DNA of 62,150 bases from Vermamoeba vermiformis. Taxonomy: Eukaryota. The notes beneath the pieces are model-generated. The model saw only the letters and a list, made by a program, of their open reading frames with translations, did not search any database and was not told the origin of the DNA. The stretch lies in assembly GCA_045837725.1 (NCBI GenBank), contig JBEWZL010000108.1, positions 62,001 through 124,150 on the forward strand, written 5' to 3'. The position numbers and the translations under genes were made by a program. Below, one piece after another: positions 1-12,270 of this stretch. Position 1 is the first letter of the stretch. The number at the start of each line of letters is the position of its first letter.

Positions 1-122
1 TCATATAAAATATTTTTATGCACACCTCCGTAATTACATTGCTGCTATTTTTAATTTCTGTCAGGATCGGATCGAGAAATTGGTGAATAAGAGTTTATAA
101 TAAGATATATATGTACATAATC

Positions 123-2126
123 TTATCCAAGTTGAACAGGATCGGCAGGAGCTTCTTCGAATTCCTTCTTGCGCATCAATTTGAACATAACGGGGCGAGG
201 AGGTCTGAAAATTCCAACAGGCTGTTGTTGCGGGAAGAAGTCGCGAGCCTTTCCAGGTGATTCAGCGTTGTAGTACTCGAAGAAGAGATATAAGAACGTT
301 TTAACGGTGATGCTCACGAGATTTCGGCCAGTACACGGATGCTGACCAACTCCGAACGCGATCTGGTTTTCGTTGAGAATGCCCTCGGTCTTGAAACGAT
401 CAGGGTTGAACTCGTGGACGTTAGTGAAGACGTTAGGATCGTTCATAACTGTTCCGTAAGCCAAACCAAGCATTGTTCCTAAAAAGGAAATTTATCAATT
501 TTATTTTCAAGCTATGGATCTGATTAAGACGAATAAAAGTACGTACCTTTCTTAATAAAGAAGCTCTGCTTGCCGTTATCGAGAACGAAATCTTTCTCGG
601 CCTTTCTGAAGGACAAAGCGGCAGCGCACATCCGAACGACTTCTTGAATGCATCGATCGACGAGGCTTCTCTTGGTTGGGTCTCTGTCGTAGGTCATGAA
701 ATTAACAAGCCCTTCCTTAGTCTTATAATGGTGGTTATATTCTTCGGATTGGCTCTGAAGTTCTTCGAGCTATTACGAAAAACAAATTAGATCCCGGCAA
801 ACATCGTGCAGACTAGCATAAGTAATACTTACAATATGCTTGTTTTCAGGCGAGTAAATAAGAACCAACAACCAGGAGATAGCGGCGAAGTTGTTAGCTG
901 ATCCAGCGAAGAAGATCCAAAGAATACGAGTAGCAAGAGAGCCCAAGTCTAATAGACCAGTTTCTGTTATTCGTTAGCATGACTTAATTATAATACTACG
1001 GTTAATACGTACCTTCATTCTTTGAGGCTTCAGTAATTACTTCGAAAAAGACCTCTTCGTCGGGTTTTGGACGATCTACGAGTGATTGAATGACTTTCTT
1101 CCAGCGTTGCCATTTTCGTTCAATTTCGAATCTGCCAATAGTAAGGTTGTTGATAATTCTTGTTGGAGAGCCCAAGTTCTCTTCGACATCCAGATCTCGG
1201 AACGCGTGGTAGAATTCTTCAAATTGCTCGGCGGAAGTTTCGCCAATAAGGCATCTAAAATTAAGCGTTAATATATCTTTGTTCGAGTTAATATAGCAGA
1301 CTTCTACGTACCGGTAAAGGAAATAAATAACCATTTTGTAAACTTGAGGGAACAGATCGATCTCCATTTCAGTCTTGTTCCAATTAGTGCTGAAGTACTT
1401 CTTGACCTCACTACGCATAAGGTCGATGAACCCAACAAACCGATCGGTAGTAAGACTCTTTCGAAGGAAACCATTGACTTTCGAGTCGGATGTGACCTTC
1501 TCGGTCATTTCTTTCGGCATTGAAAGCTTGAAAAAGAACTAAAAAAATAATTTTTAGATTTCCTAATTAGGAAATAAGAACAAAATTACTAAACTTACTT
1601 CGAATCCTTTGAGAATAGAAGCCGTTTCTTCAGTCAAATGATGATAGGCTTGAGCAAAGTCAGTGCCAATACAAACGACGACTTCGCCAGCGAATGGAAT
1701 TTTAGCGCTCACTACTGGTCCTTTGCGATCGCGCAACTTCAACAAGAAGTCGTTGTGAATGAGGTTCTTGTCCATACGCAGCGGGAAGATCTCCCACAAC
1801 CAGACACGTGGAACTCGCTGGGCGATGAGGGTATTCTTTCCATTCTTACTTCTAGATGTCTTAACGACGGATTGAGCAGGCTTGATCTCGCAAGGGACAG
1901 TTGTCTTGTTGAGATCAAGATTCGGATCGGATTCTGCAAGTTCATTCTTGAGGTGGGTATTGTGTGCTCCAGAAGAAGGAGTTGTAGAATCGATATGGAG
2001 GGCATTGCCAGCACCAACAGGTGCGTTGTTGTCAGCAGGGGGATCTTGCGGTCCAAATCCGAGACAACGGTAAATGGCCCGCAAAACATTCCACAAATAA
2101 ATAAAACCGAGTTGAATTCGGAACAT
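123..2126 (-). CDS. Cytochrome P450, multi-exon (CYP51/CYP7-clan-like)
   Basis: Heme motif FGVGQHPCTG and FNPDRF meander in ORF 123..473. ExxR (IQEVVR) near 640. I-helix IFFAGSANNF near 900-925. Exons joined by GT-AG introns. The start codon is less certain. Confidence 0.92.
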
Positions 2127-2414
2127 TTGTTAAGGTGTTGAGTGTCTTTTGTTGCTTTGAGTTGAATTGAATGAAATTGAAAAGCAAAAAACTTAAATTT
2201 ATATTTGACGTGGTCGTTCATTCCGCAGCGGAAGAATGAACGACAATTATTCAGAATTGATTATCAAGAATAGGTATTCAAGAATATACTATTGCCCGAT
2301 TATTACGTACCATTCTGCTCCAACAGTAAGTAGATTCTGCATCCAGATCGACCCGAGAAAATTCGTCTAAGAATGGCTTTGTCGTTGAAAATTATTATTT
2401 TATCATTCCGCAGC

Positions 2415-4845
2415 TTAATTATTATTGTTATTATTGCTATTATTCTTGTTCTGCTTTTGTTCTTCTTCAACGCATCTCTCGCAATGGCAGGTGAACAAGT
2501 ACGGCAATTTCAATCGTTCTCTTCGCTCTTCTAAAGGCTCATCCAACTCAATATACGAAATAAATATTTCATCGCCCTTTTTGATAGGAGTACGGCAATA
2601 AACAACGGTGTTTCCTAAAATGGAAAAATGAATCACAAAACAATTCTTTCGGAACCGAATAACTGCAAAGAATTACCGTGTCTGTCTTTGTTGCGCTTGA
2701 AAACTTCGGCGTTAGGTCTAAAGTCCACTATTAATATCAAACATAATATGAAGGTTATTAGAACGTACCTGCACGAATGGTTCATTGTGCCTTGGATCGA
2801 GCACAAAGAAATTCCTTGGCAGTTAGGGAATGAATAGGCATCCTCATCTTCATCGCCGCTCTTATTTCCTTCTTCTTTTTCCTCGAATTTTTCTTTATCT
2901 TCTTCAGCAGCATCCGAATCGTGACTTTCCTCATCTGCATCCAGATCGCGATCTCGTCAGATTTTTTGTATTTACGCAATGATTTAATATGACTATACCT
3001 TCTCCATCTTCATCGTGGCTCTTGGCCTCTTTCTCTCCGTGATGATGGTGATGGTGTCCGTGCTTGTGGTGGTGTCCGTGATGGCCCTCAACATCGTGGT
3101 CATGATCGTCTTCGCACTCGTCATCGCCGCACATGTGAGAGTCCATCGCTTCAAGTTCTGCGTCGTGCTTTTCAATGTCGTCGAGAATTTTCTCGGTAAT
3201 TGGCTCGGCGATCGATTTTTTGTCCTCGGGCAATTTTTCAATATTGTAGAAATATTCGGGGACCGGAGACGTGACAATCATTTCAACGCAGTTCATATCT
3301 GAAATATTACTATTAGTTTAAATATAATATTAATGAATTTATTGTTTTTTTCTTACCAATGACACCGCAAAGTCTGCCGTAAAATTCAACGGTGAAAACT
3401 AAATTTGAAAAATAAACAAATTAGTATTTGCTAGCCATATAATTATAATCTATATACTCAATACTATAATATTATGCTATTTGCAAATGCGAATTTAATT
3501 ACCTTCAGGATATTTGTTGACGTATTCAGCCATCACAATCCTCAACATATCGAGATTGCTCGTCAAAATTTCTTTCAAATCGTCTTTCCATTCTGGAAGA
3601 TTAGGCGCGAATGGAGGTACTAAATTCCACCAATAATCCTATTATTTAAAATATTTTGTAAGCCGATCCAGATCTGACGTAAATTTTCGGATCTTGTTTG
3701 AAGGATTATACTTACAGTAACAAACATAGCAAATGGCTCGCATGCCTTCTTAAGATCTCCGCCATTTCGTTCAGCTTCTTGAACGATTTTCGCTAACATT
3801 CTACCGGCCAACAAAAATCCATCATTTTGTTCTGGACGATTTAAAAATCAGAAAAAAGCCAATAATTACTTTAAAATATTATATTATGCTATATCATGCT
3901 ATAATACCTTCAGAGAACTGTTCGAACAGATGATAAGCGTGTTCTTTGTCCTTGCCAGGGCACAACACTTTGTGGTACTCGAACATGGCTGTCTCTTCGC
4001 ATTTCTCGCTAAAATAAATCATAATTAATACAATATCTTATAAATAGTACTATATGATGATTATACCTGCAGTACATGGCCTCACATCCGTTAGAACAAT
4101 GCACGATGTTTGGGACCAAATAATCGTTAATGTTGAACGGAATAGATTTGAGTTCAGGATTGGCAGGCTTTTGAGGAGGGTTATAGAAACATTCTTCTAC
4201 GAATGGCAAGGTAGGATTTTTTTCATAACCCGCAAGTAAACGGATCTGATCGTTGAACGAAAAATTAGATCTCGCGTGGGATTATATTTCAAAATACTTA
4301 TAGCAATACCTGATCCTCCAAAGAGCCAATAAAATTATGGCAATAAGAACAGACTTGAGTTGACAGCTACACGGATTTAAATTGTTAGATCGCGATCGAG
4401 ATCTTACCACGAGGTTAATAATTACCTTATTCGTGCAATCTTGAGTGCTCACGAGAGGTTTTTCTTGGAAAATAAGTTGGTGTGGCTTAAAATCACGTTC
4501 AGCAAAAATGCCTGAATTAAACAGAATCCGTCAATACAGATCAACACAAAATTCTTGAATTAAATTCTAAGACTAAAAATCTATTTTATATATTTTATAC
4601 TAGCTACAATTTTGCGAACTTAATTGGTTAAACAGAGATCTAACGTTGATCTCAGTATTGAAAATTATTATCTCCTCCCTAAAAATTCATTTATATTTGC
4701 CAATAATATTATTACCTTTTCCAGGACAAACTTTGCTCTTTCCAACCGAAACAATGCCTTCCAGTTGCAATTCCTTCAAGATGCGTTTAAAATATTCTTC
4801 CTGCTCGTGCAGCGAAGGCTGTTCTAACAAATCACCCTTTGACAT
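2415..4845 (-). CDS. SMYD-type SET-domain lysine methyltransferase (SMYD5-like) with a His/acidic insert
   Basis: N-terminal CPGKG..FAER, Cys-rich MYND-like segments (HCSNGCEAMYC), NHSC motif near 2770-2785, GDEIFISY and post-SET FTCHCERC. His-rich stretch at about 3030-3110. Confidence 0.88.
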
Positions 4846-5121
4846 ATTATTGTGGTATATAATACAATATTTAGCAGCTAATCAAAAAATTACACGCCGC
4901 CATGACTTGCCGACAAAGCCCTGGCAAAAGAGATCGGATCACCCGCGCAAACACGAACAAAGAAAGAGATGCCATAATTATTTGCATAGGGCAATAAGGT
5001 GCTTACTTTAGTTTTAATAATGCCTGAAATGTACATTCTCGTCAAGTATTGTCGCTTATAACGGTAACTAAAGTTTTTTTGGATTTTTTCATTTGTAACC
5101 TAATTATACTAAATTCTAGCA

Positions 5122-6853
5122 ATGGCATCGCCCACAAAAAAGAGAAAATTATCGGCGACGAAGAGCGTGGCCGTCGAAGAGCCTCAACAGGACTTGTACG
5201 GGCATTACGAGCTCGAACTCAAAACTATACGCGAAGATCTGAAAGATATACCACATGAGATCGTAAGGCCTTCAATATTTATCGCAGTATTTAAAATGAT
5301 AAATTTAAATATCGCGTAGAAAATCGGCGGCAGATTCCGGATGTTACCGTTGCAACTATCTTAGCTTAATCAGCTAGCGGCTGCCATATAATATTGAATG
5401 ATGTCTAATATATCGTTAATACGTTTTTAGTTGCTAGAAGCCGTCGCCAGAATCGCAGAAGAGAATCTTCAAACGATTATCGATATTAATGACGCTTTAT
5501 TCTATGGTAAGCAATCGATTGCAATGACTTAGCGATAAATATGTCTAATTTAATTATTTAAGCGGTACAAGATGCCAATGCAGCAAAGAGGAACCTCAAG
5601 ACCGTTGATCAAACGGATGCTGGCCAAACCAAAAAAGCGGCCAGCAAGGCTCAAAAGGCCAAAATAGAAGCGCGCGAAATTTCCCCTGAAAAACTACAGA
5701 AGAAAATTCAAGATTTGTTCTCGTACAATACTTGGTTCGTCAGTACGTACCAACATCCGCTACGATCCATCTTTAACAGCTTGATTCTGCAGCTCCATGT
5801 TCATATCATCAGTACAAATATCAAATGAAGGAACGAAAGAATAAGGTAACTATCAATTATGTGTTAATCCGTTGGAATAGAGATTCTAATTGACTCGCGA
5901 ACTAGTTCGTCAAAGTATTCGAGAAGCTTGATCATTGGAAGGAAAAAGCACTGCAATACTCGCAGGTTGGAGAACATGCAACTGCGTATATTATTCTTAG
6001 AGTATTACATGAAGAAGCGAATTTGGTAAGTTCGATCCAGATTCGAGCCAAAGTTTTTTTGGTACCAAATATTAATAATAACATAGAATAAATTCGATAC
6101 TAATGGTGATATGGCACATCTTGATATTGGTGATGATATGGAGCCAAAAGACTGGGTTGAAGGTGTAAAAGAAGATCTGGACGATGAATGGAAAGAACTA
6201 AGCAACAAAGAACAGACTTATTGCAAAGCCAAGCTTAAAATGTATACTATAATATTCATATTAATCAGTAGTACTAACAAGATAACTTCGTTATAGGTAC
6301 GAAGCGGAAAAACCGGTCGAAACTAACAACGCTTCAATTATCGCCAAGTACCCGTTGAACTCGCAACAAGTGAGGAAAGAATTTAGCCTATATTATGAAC
6401 GCGGAGTATTTTACATCGGTAGATTCAAGCTCACTTCCACTTCCAAGGTACATCCACTCAGATGGCATAAAAAAAATTTGAAATTCCGAACTATCGTATC
6501 AAACTAAGTTCGCAATAATCTCCATATACTAATGTATATTTTAGACGACTGAAAAAGGCGTTCTGTACGAGATCCGTGGTCAAGTGGATGCGATGTCCAT
6601 GGGCTTTTACACGTTGACGGTGACCTTCGACGATAAGGAATTACATGATTATACGTGCTCTTGTCCAGTAGGAAGCACAATTCGCAGCTGTTGCAAACAT
6701 ACTTCAGCATTTATGGCTCAGATCGCTAAAGAAAAAGAACAGCTGATCCAAAATTCTCCGGCAAAGCCAGCTGATGCCTCAAAAACGCAAAAATCTAATG
6801 CTAAGACTACCAAGCGAAGCTCTTCGAAAAAAGTCATCGTTATCGATGAATAA
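5122..6853 (+). CDS. SWIM zinc-finger protein, paralog 1 (multi-exon)
   Basis: NLS-like N-terminus (PTKKRK). C-terminal YTCSCPVGSTIRSCCKH fits the CxC-x(n)-CxH SWIM motif. Exons align with the adjacent paralog. Confidence 0.8.
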
Positions 6854-6931
6854 GGATCACATTTCTGGTCAAGCTAAATTTCAGATCGATTTTTTTGTTC
6901 AATTTATTTATCTTGTATATTAAACAACATA

Positions 6932-8786
6932 ATGAGCCGAAGGCCTAATAAAAAGAGAAAATTAAGCGATGCCTCTTCTGAGGCTACTTCAACATCGTCT
7001 GAAGAATACAGCTTCACGCCCTTCAGCATGCGTACCATTCAAGCAGATCTCGAAGCAATTCCTCATGATATTGTAAGTAATCGCGTAATAATAATTAAAT
7101 CGATAAACCACTATTTTATTGCATATAGTACGAATATATCACATTTTACTTAATTTTTTATTTTTAGCTGATCAGATCCATCATCCACAGCAGTAGAACT
7201 GATGTGAAATTCCTCGGGTCACTTAATTCCATCGAGAAAGGTACCTAAACCTGTAATAACATTCTTAATATTATCATAATTAAACCAAGTACCTTTTCCT
7301 TTTAGTGATGCATCCGTCAAAGAACGACGAAGAAGAGACCTATGATGATGATTTCATCGAGAATACGAAACCGAATGCATATGAATATCGTCAATACAGC
7401 CCGATGAAGATCCACAAGTACGTCAATGAGCTGTTCCATAATTACAAATGGCTACCACGTAAGCACTTTGCGGAAATTTTTATCAATTTTAATTACTGTA
7501 AATTACAATTATTTAATATATGGTTATTAGCAAGCGAGCCCGCCATGTGGAACGACTGGATCCCTGAAAAAGATCATCGCGAAAGTACTGTAAGCATAAT
7601 TTATTCTATATGTAATATTTAGTAAGTTTCGCACAAGGGAGGGGTTCATGAGGGAGCGCCCGAGCCCTGGCGAGGAGAAATCCTCCCGAGAAAAACGCTT
7701 CTCCCGGGGAAAAAGAGGGAAACAACAAGGAGCCGAAAAAAAAAGGTTTTTACCACGTGAAGCCAAAAAAAGAAAAAACCGACGCGGGAAGCCCTTGCGT
7801 TACGTGTTCAAGACCGATCTTCAAAGAGATTCACCACGCATGTGGATTTTTTCTCTCCCTAGGGAGAGAAACAGCTGCTTTCCTCCCGTTTTGTAAATAA
7901 AGGAAAGTTCATTTCCGACAATACGTGAGCAGAAACCTAATATGCACCACTAAATACTATTTTTGGCAGTACAACTCGTTCATTCGATTGTTGAATCGAT
8001 TGCTTAAGAAAGCAAAACATCTCTCTGCTGCTGGTGAGAACGCTAGTGCATATATTATTCTTAGCGTACTAGACGATGTAGCTACTCCGGTAAGCATTAT
8101 CTAATACGCCGGCTGCGAAACGTGTCCCAGATCCAAAATTCTGAGAATTTTTTTTCAGAGCAGATTTGACGCCAACGGAGATCTGAGCATTGATGAAGAC
8201 GACGAAGATGCCGAAGAGCTAGATATTGATATTACACCCGAAGAGTTTTTAGAAGACCTCGAAACAACTCTTGACGACGTGACTGACAAATTGTCGGATG
8301 CAGAGATGAAATATTGCGAGCAGAAACTGAAATGGTGCGTAAGTTTAAGTGTTAATAAAATATCTAATATATATAATAGGTATCAACCTAATGAGAAGAA
8401 TAACAAACAGGCAATTAAAGCCTTTCCGCTGACCGCAGATCAAGTCGAATCCATGTTCGATTCTCGGTCTTTCGGTAGAGCCGAATATTATATCGGTAAA
8501 TTCCATAAAATCGGTTCAATAATACAAGTAAGTCTCGTAAATTCCTATTATTGAGGCTAAAACTAATTTTTGGATCAAGACGAAGAACAAGCAGAAAGTC
8601 TACGAGATCCACGCGCGAGTTGACGCAGTATCAATGTCCGGAGAATACTACCAGACTATTATATTTGACTCTAAGAGAATTATCGACTGTAATTGCTCGT
8701 GTCCTGTTGGCTACAGGTGCAAACATCTTGCTGCACTAATGTTGCAGATCTGCGGCCAACGCAAGAAAAAGCAACAGCAAGCCTAG
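6932..8786 (+). CDS. SWIM zinc-finger protein, paralog 2 (tandem duplicate)
   Basis: PNKKRKLS start. TIQADLEAIPHDI matches TIREDLKDIPHEI of paralog 1, and AYIILSVL matches AYIILRVL. DCNCSCPVGYRCKH SWIM motif. Stop TAG at 8784-8786. Confidence 0.8.
7637..7892 (+). ncRNA. Candidate structured ncRNA or non-autonomous insertion inside an intron of SWIM paralog 2
   Basis: Closing stem GGGAGG (7637-7642)/CCTCCC (7882-7887) followed by GTTTT. GAGGA-GAAA-TCCTC GNRA hairpin at 7672-7685. Perfect TTCTCTCC-CTAG-GGAGAGAA palindrome at 7851-7870. Host intron is 380 nt versus 60 nt for the equivalent intron in paralog 1. Confidence 0.45.
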
Positions 8787-8955
8787 GTTGTTATACTATC
8801 AATTTACTCATATGTAGCGATATCTTGTTAGCGAGAAGGACCTCAACCTTAAAATTTCAGCTCAGATCACCGACCCAAAGTTTTTTTGTAAATAGTTTAC
8901 TACAGCATTGTTTTAGAATTATAATTTCAATTGAAATCAAAATAAAAAATGAAAA

Positions 8956-9177
8956 TTGAGCGAATTAATCGATACACTGTACGCTCAAATGTCCCGTATT
9001 TGAAGGGGCAGAGCGAGAATACCATGCATCGAAATACCAGCAGCGATACAGTAAGGGGGAAAAGATAAAAAGAAAGAAGGAAAGAGCCCAAAAAGCAAAA
9101 AAAAATCCAAAGACAGGCAAAGTAATGTATTGTGTGGGACAAATTTTAAAAAGAACCCGGGCGACCCTTTTAAAATT
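8956..9177 (+). ncRNA. Candidate structured ncRNA (intergenic, A-rich loop closed by a 10-bp stem)
   Basis: TGTCCCGTAT (8990-8999) pairs fully with GTGTGGGACA (9132-9141), using three G-U pairs on the + strand. TTTT at 9144-9147. Flanking hairpins at 8956-8988 and 9142-9177. Confidence 0.3.
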
Positions 9178-9581
9178 GCCGTAAATCACGAGAGATGTAC
9201 CGATATTTCCGTATGGACTCGACTGCTGTTATAAGTATACCTTAAGTTCAAGCAAGTTAATGTCCGCTGCAGTTTGGTACACCAAGCTCGTACGAAAATT
9301 GCTTTTCAGACAAAAATGATGCGGCTTCAGTTTGAAGCTCCGAAGAAATGCAACCAAAACGGTTGTCTGATGTGACATACCGAAAATAACGCTAAACAGT
9401 TCAAAGAATAGCCTCAAACGTACGTTAGATTCTAAATTCACATCCGCCTTCGAATTTTTTTTTTTCGAAAAAGGTCGAAAATCTGTCATGGTACTGAGTA
9501 GTATTTATACATAGACTGATTTCTCTTGGAGTTTAGCGCTAAAACTTCGTTGCGTAAGTGCGGAGTTCCATAAATAAAATT

Positions 9582-9593
9582 GACCAATCAGAG
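9582..9593 (+). promoter_or_regulatory. CCAAT box (GACCAATCAGAG)
   Basis: The identical 12-mer occurs in gene orientation upstream of RPS19 (27216-27227). Here it lies about 75 nt upstream of an AAAATG at 9666. Confidence 0.55.
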
Positions 9594-9665
9594 CGACGCT
9601 AACATTAAAAAACGGAACCAAAGCCGACAATTTCAATTTTAATTTACTAGACAACTAATACCAAA

Positions 9666-11170
9666 ATGAGCGACTCTTTGCGCTGCCGTTGTATCGACAT
9701 TCCTCAAGACACCGCGGAACCCGAGTGGACCAATCAAGGACTGGCCGACATGAATGGCGAGGTCGGATGGGTCTTCATTTATGAACATGACGGACCAGAC
9801 CCTGGCATAATCAAAAGGCTAGGACAATAATCATAATAATAATTTTTGTCTTGTACCCGAGAATTATTATTGTGTACTGAATTATAAAATTGTATTGGTA
9901 GGATAAAGTACGAGTTCCTTCGTTATATTTAGCCTAGTCATTATTAACCTACAAAGCCAGCATTCGAAATTTAAAGAGAGAAACGATTGGAAATTAATTC
10001 AGCTAACTATGAATGGCTGAAGCGCCAAGAGTAGATGATTAATCGAGTGCATCAAGACATAGCGTCATATATATATAAGTTGGAGGTTGACGACAAGCAT
10101 GGCGCTGGAGCGTTGTTCAGGATCTGGATTCAACATCCGTCGCCAGGAAGATCAATTAGGTTCGTAAATTACTTATGGACGCTATTATATGGTCATTATA
10201 CTAACTGCCTTCGCTCGTAAATAATGCACTTGAGCTTCGCTTGCCTACGGAAACTTTACCGTTGAGGAACTTCGGATTACGAACCTATCCGAGTGGGTAT
10301 TACATCTATATTTGTATCCTCATATTAGCCCCATGGTATTAACACTGACGTTCAGTATAATACCTTTTCAGCACAAACGAGACAGTCCCGTCTGAAGGTA
10401 ACGAATTAGTACAACGAGTCATAATAATATGCAACAAACGCAATTCTAACTTACTACAGTCAATGCATTACTAGTCATTACTTAATTCCTATATTAGTAA
10501 ATCGGACCTAAAGTGCGTGCAATCTTGACAGCTTTGTAGAGTCCCTTGGACACGACATCGAACTTCCTTTGACCGCACGGCGACACTTCTGGCCAGTCGT
10601 ATCGTCAACGCGATTAAACACTCGCTAGTGGCAATCCTGCAGTAATAATGACGCATTGACGGCGCGGTGGTGGGCCAGAACATCCATATTGGCTGCTTTC
10701 AGTTTTAGTCGCTACGAGTGGCTTCATCGCTGCCATCACTATTAACACTCAATACGGCGAGCTTGTTCGATGAGTGGCTTATAACAGTGCGTTCATCCTG
10801 TTGCAGTGTTTCCTCGAGACTTTGATGACCTTAATCGTGTCACGAATTCTTTCGCTAGACATGAGCGTGTTCCTCATTGCTTTTACGTCGCTCTGGTTCG
10901 TTTGTCTGTCAACAGCATGCATGCGCTTCTAGCACGACGAAAGCTGGTCTTTGTCCTTGGCTGGCTCTGGTGGCACTCGAGATTGCTATTGGGATTAGGC
11001 TTTACTTGGCCTGGCGGTGGCATTGGTTTCTTTGCGGCTACAAGGAGAATTTTGATAGGCTGGCAAACGCCCCGTGATCACGCGAAGTCGGTGGTAACCC
11101 AGGCGCCATCTTACTTCCGCATCCACAATCTTACACCTAATATTGATTTTCTTTGGAGCGTTTAATTTGT
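9666..11170. pseudogene. Probable decayed coding sequence(s): 54-codon ORF 9666..9830 (+) plus broken exon-like fragments
   Basis: Coding-like composition and a promoter-like CCAAT box, but no continuous spliceable frame could be built. Frequent stops in 10500-11160. Confidence 0.3.
9701..9720 (+). repeat. 20-nt exact dispersed repeat, copy 1 (TCCTCAAGACACCGCGGAAC)
   Basis: Identical to 15552-15571. Confidence 0.85.
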
Positions 11171-12270
11171 TTGAATTCTTTGGGACTTGTTCTTTTGATT
11201 TAGTTAATTAATTGCTTCGAGGTGTGGATGACTGGTCTGAAGATTCGTTTTTAGCCTCTGGAGGGCCGGATTATTATTTATATTTATAAATTAAATAATG
11301 TTACATTATTATGAATAAACCAATGTTATAAGAACGAGTTTTGTCTGATTCCAATAGGAGATTGATCAGGAATCCGATTGTCTAGCTTATTAGAAATAAC
11401 GGTTCACCTAAGTCCGCAAGATTAGAACTACAAACACGAAAGTCGAGTGTCCTCAATCCATCGGTTTGTGTTAATACATTGCTGCATCAATTTTCGATTG
11501 ACGGGTTGTCAGCTCGAGTCAGAGGTTATGAATTCCGTTTCTATTTACGGAGGCAGTTCCGATTAACTATAACTGAATAATACTACGTATTGGCACTAAT
11601 AACACTACACAGACAAACTTATAAAGATATTCTCGCGATACATCCAAGTCACACTAACCAACCGCTTGAATCACCAGTGTAATGTGCGCCAGTATCTTGA
11701 ACATATTCAATGTGTATGTTAACGTTAATACACGGTCCGTTTTGAAAAAACGTTGATTCTTCTATTCACCGCTGGATATTTTCGTAGGTAATTTGTTACG
11801 GCAGTTTTCGACTTGAAAATTTCCTTTCTAATCGATGAGCTTGGGAACGTTTAACGGACTACGATTGCTAGGATAATTAAGTAGACTCGTGAGATGGGGG
11901 TAATCGCAACTTTATTCCATTGGATAAGATCTGCACTAGATCCATCCGGAAAAAGAAGTAACGACTCCTCTTACTTGCAAAATTGAGGGAGTGTTACGTA
12001 CAAAACTGAAATAAACTACAATATAAAACAAAATAAGCTTGCCACAACGTGAGCACGCAGGATCGCCGTCAATATAATCTTGGGACTGAAACTGAAATTC
12101 GATAGCGTTCCAGATTTCGATAGCTGTAGATCGACTTTGTGATGATGCCGCGATGCATATATATGACGTCATTATATATATCTCACTGGTATCGTTGATT
12201 GCGCCAACAAAAGGATAGAATTTCTGTTTCGCTGAAAGGAGGGGGCTGGATCACATCTTGCAGTAATCTC

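Noticed and set aside
7740-7810. Telomerase RNA, suggested by the pseudoknot-like pairing
   Set aside because: No CCCTAA-type template near it on either strand, and the U-rich loop is not where the telomerase triple helix needs it.
7800-7816. LSU rRNA fragment (CGTGTTCAAGAC resembles the antisense of the conserved GTCTTGAAACACG)
   Set aside because: Only about 12 nt match, with an indel, and the flanks do not follow rRNA.
7648-7896. 82-aa Arg/Lys-rich ORF
   Set aside because: A by-product of the purine-rich structured element inside an intron. No domain or splice support.
8965-9210. RNase P RNA on the - strand (GGAAATATCGGTA resembles CR-I; ACAGTGTATCGATTAA resembles CR-V)
   Set aside because: No convincing P1/P2 helices or CR-II/III motifs. 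The strand would carry long U tracts, and G-U pairing favours the + strand. An Rfam scan would settle it.
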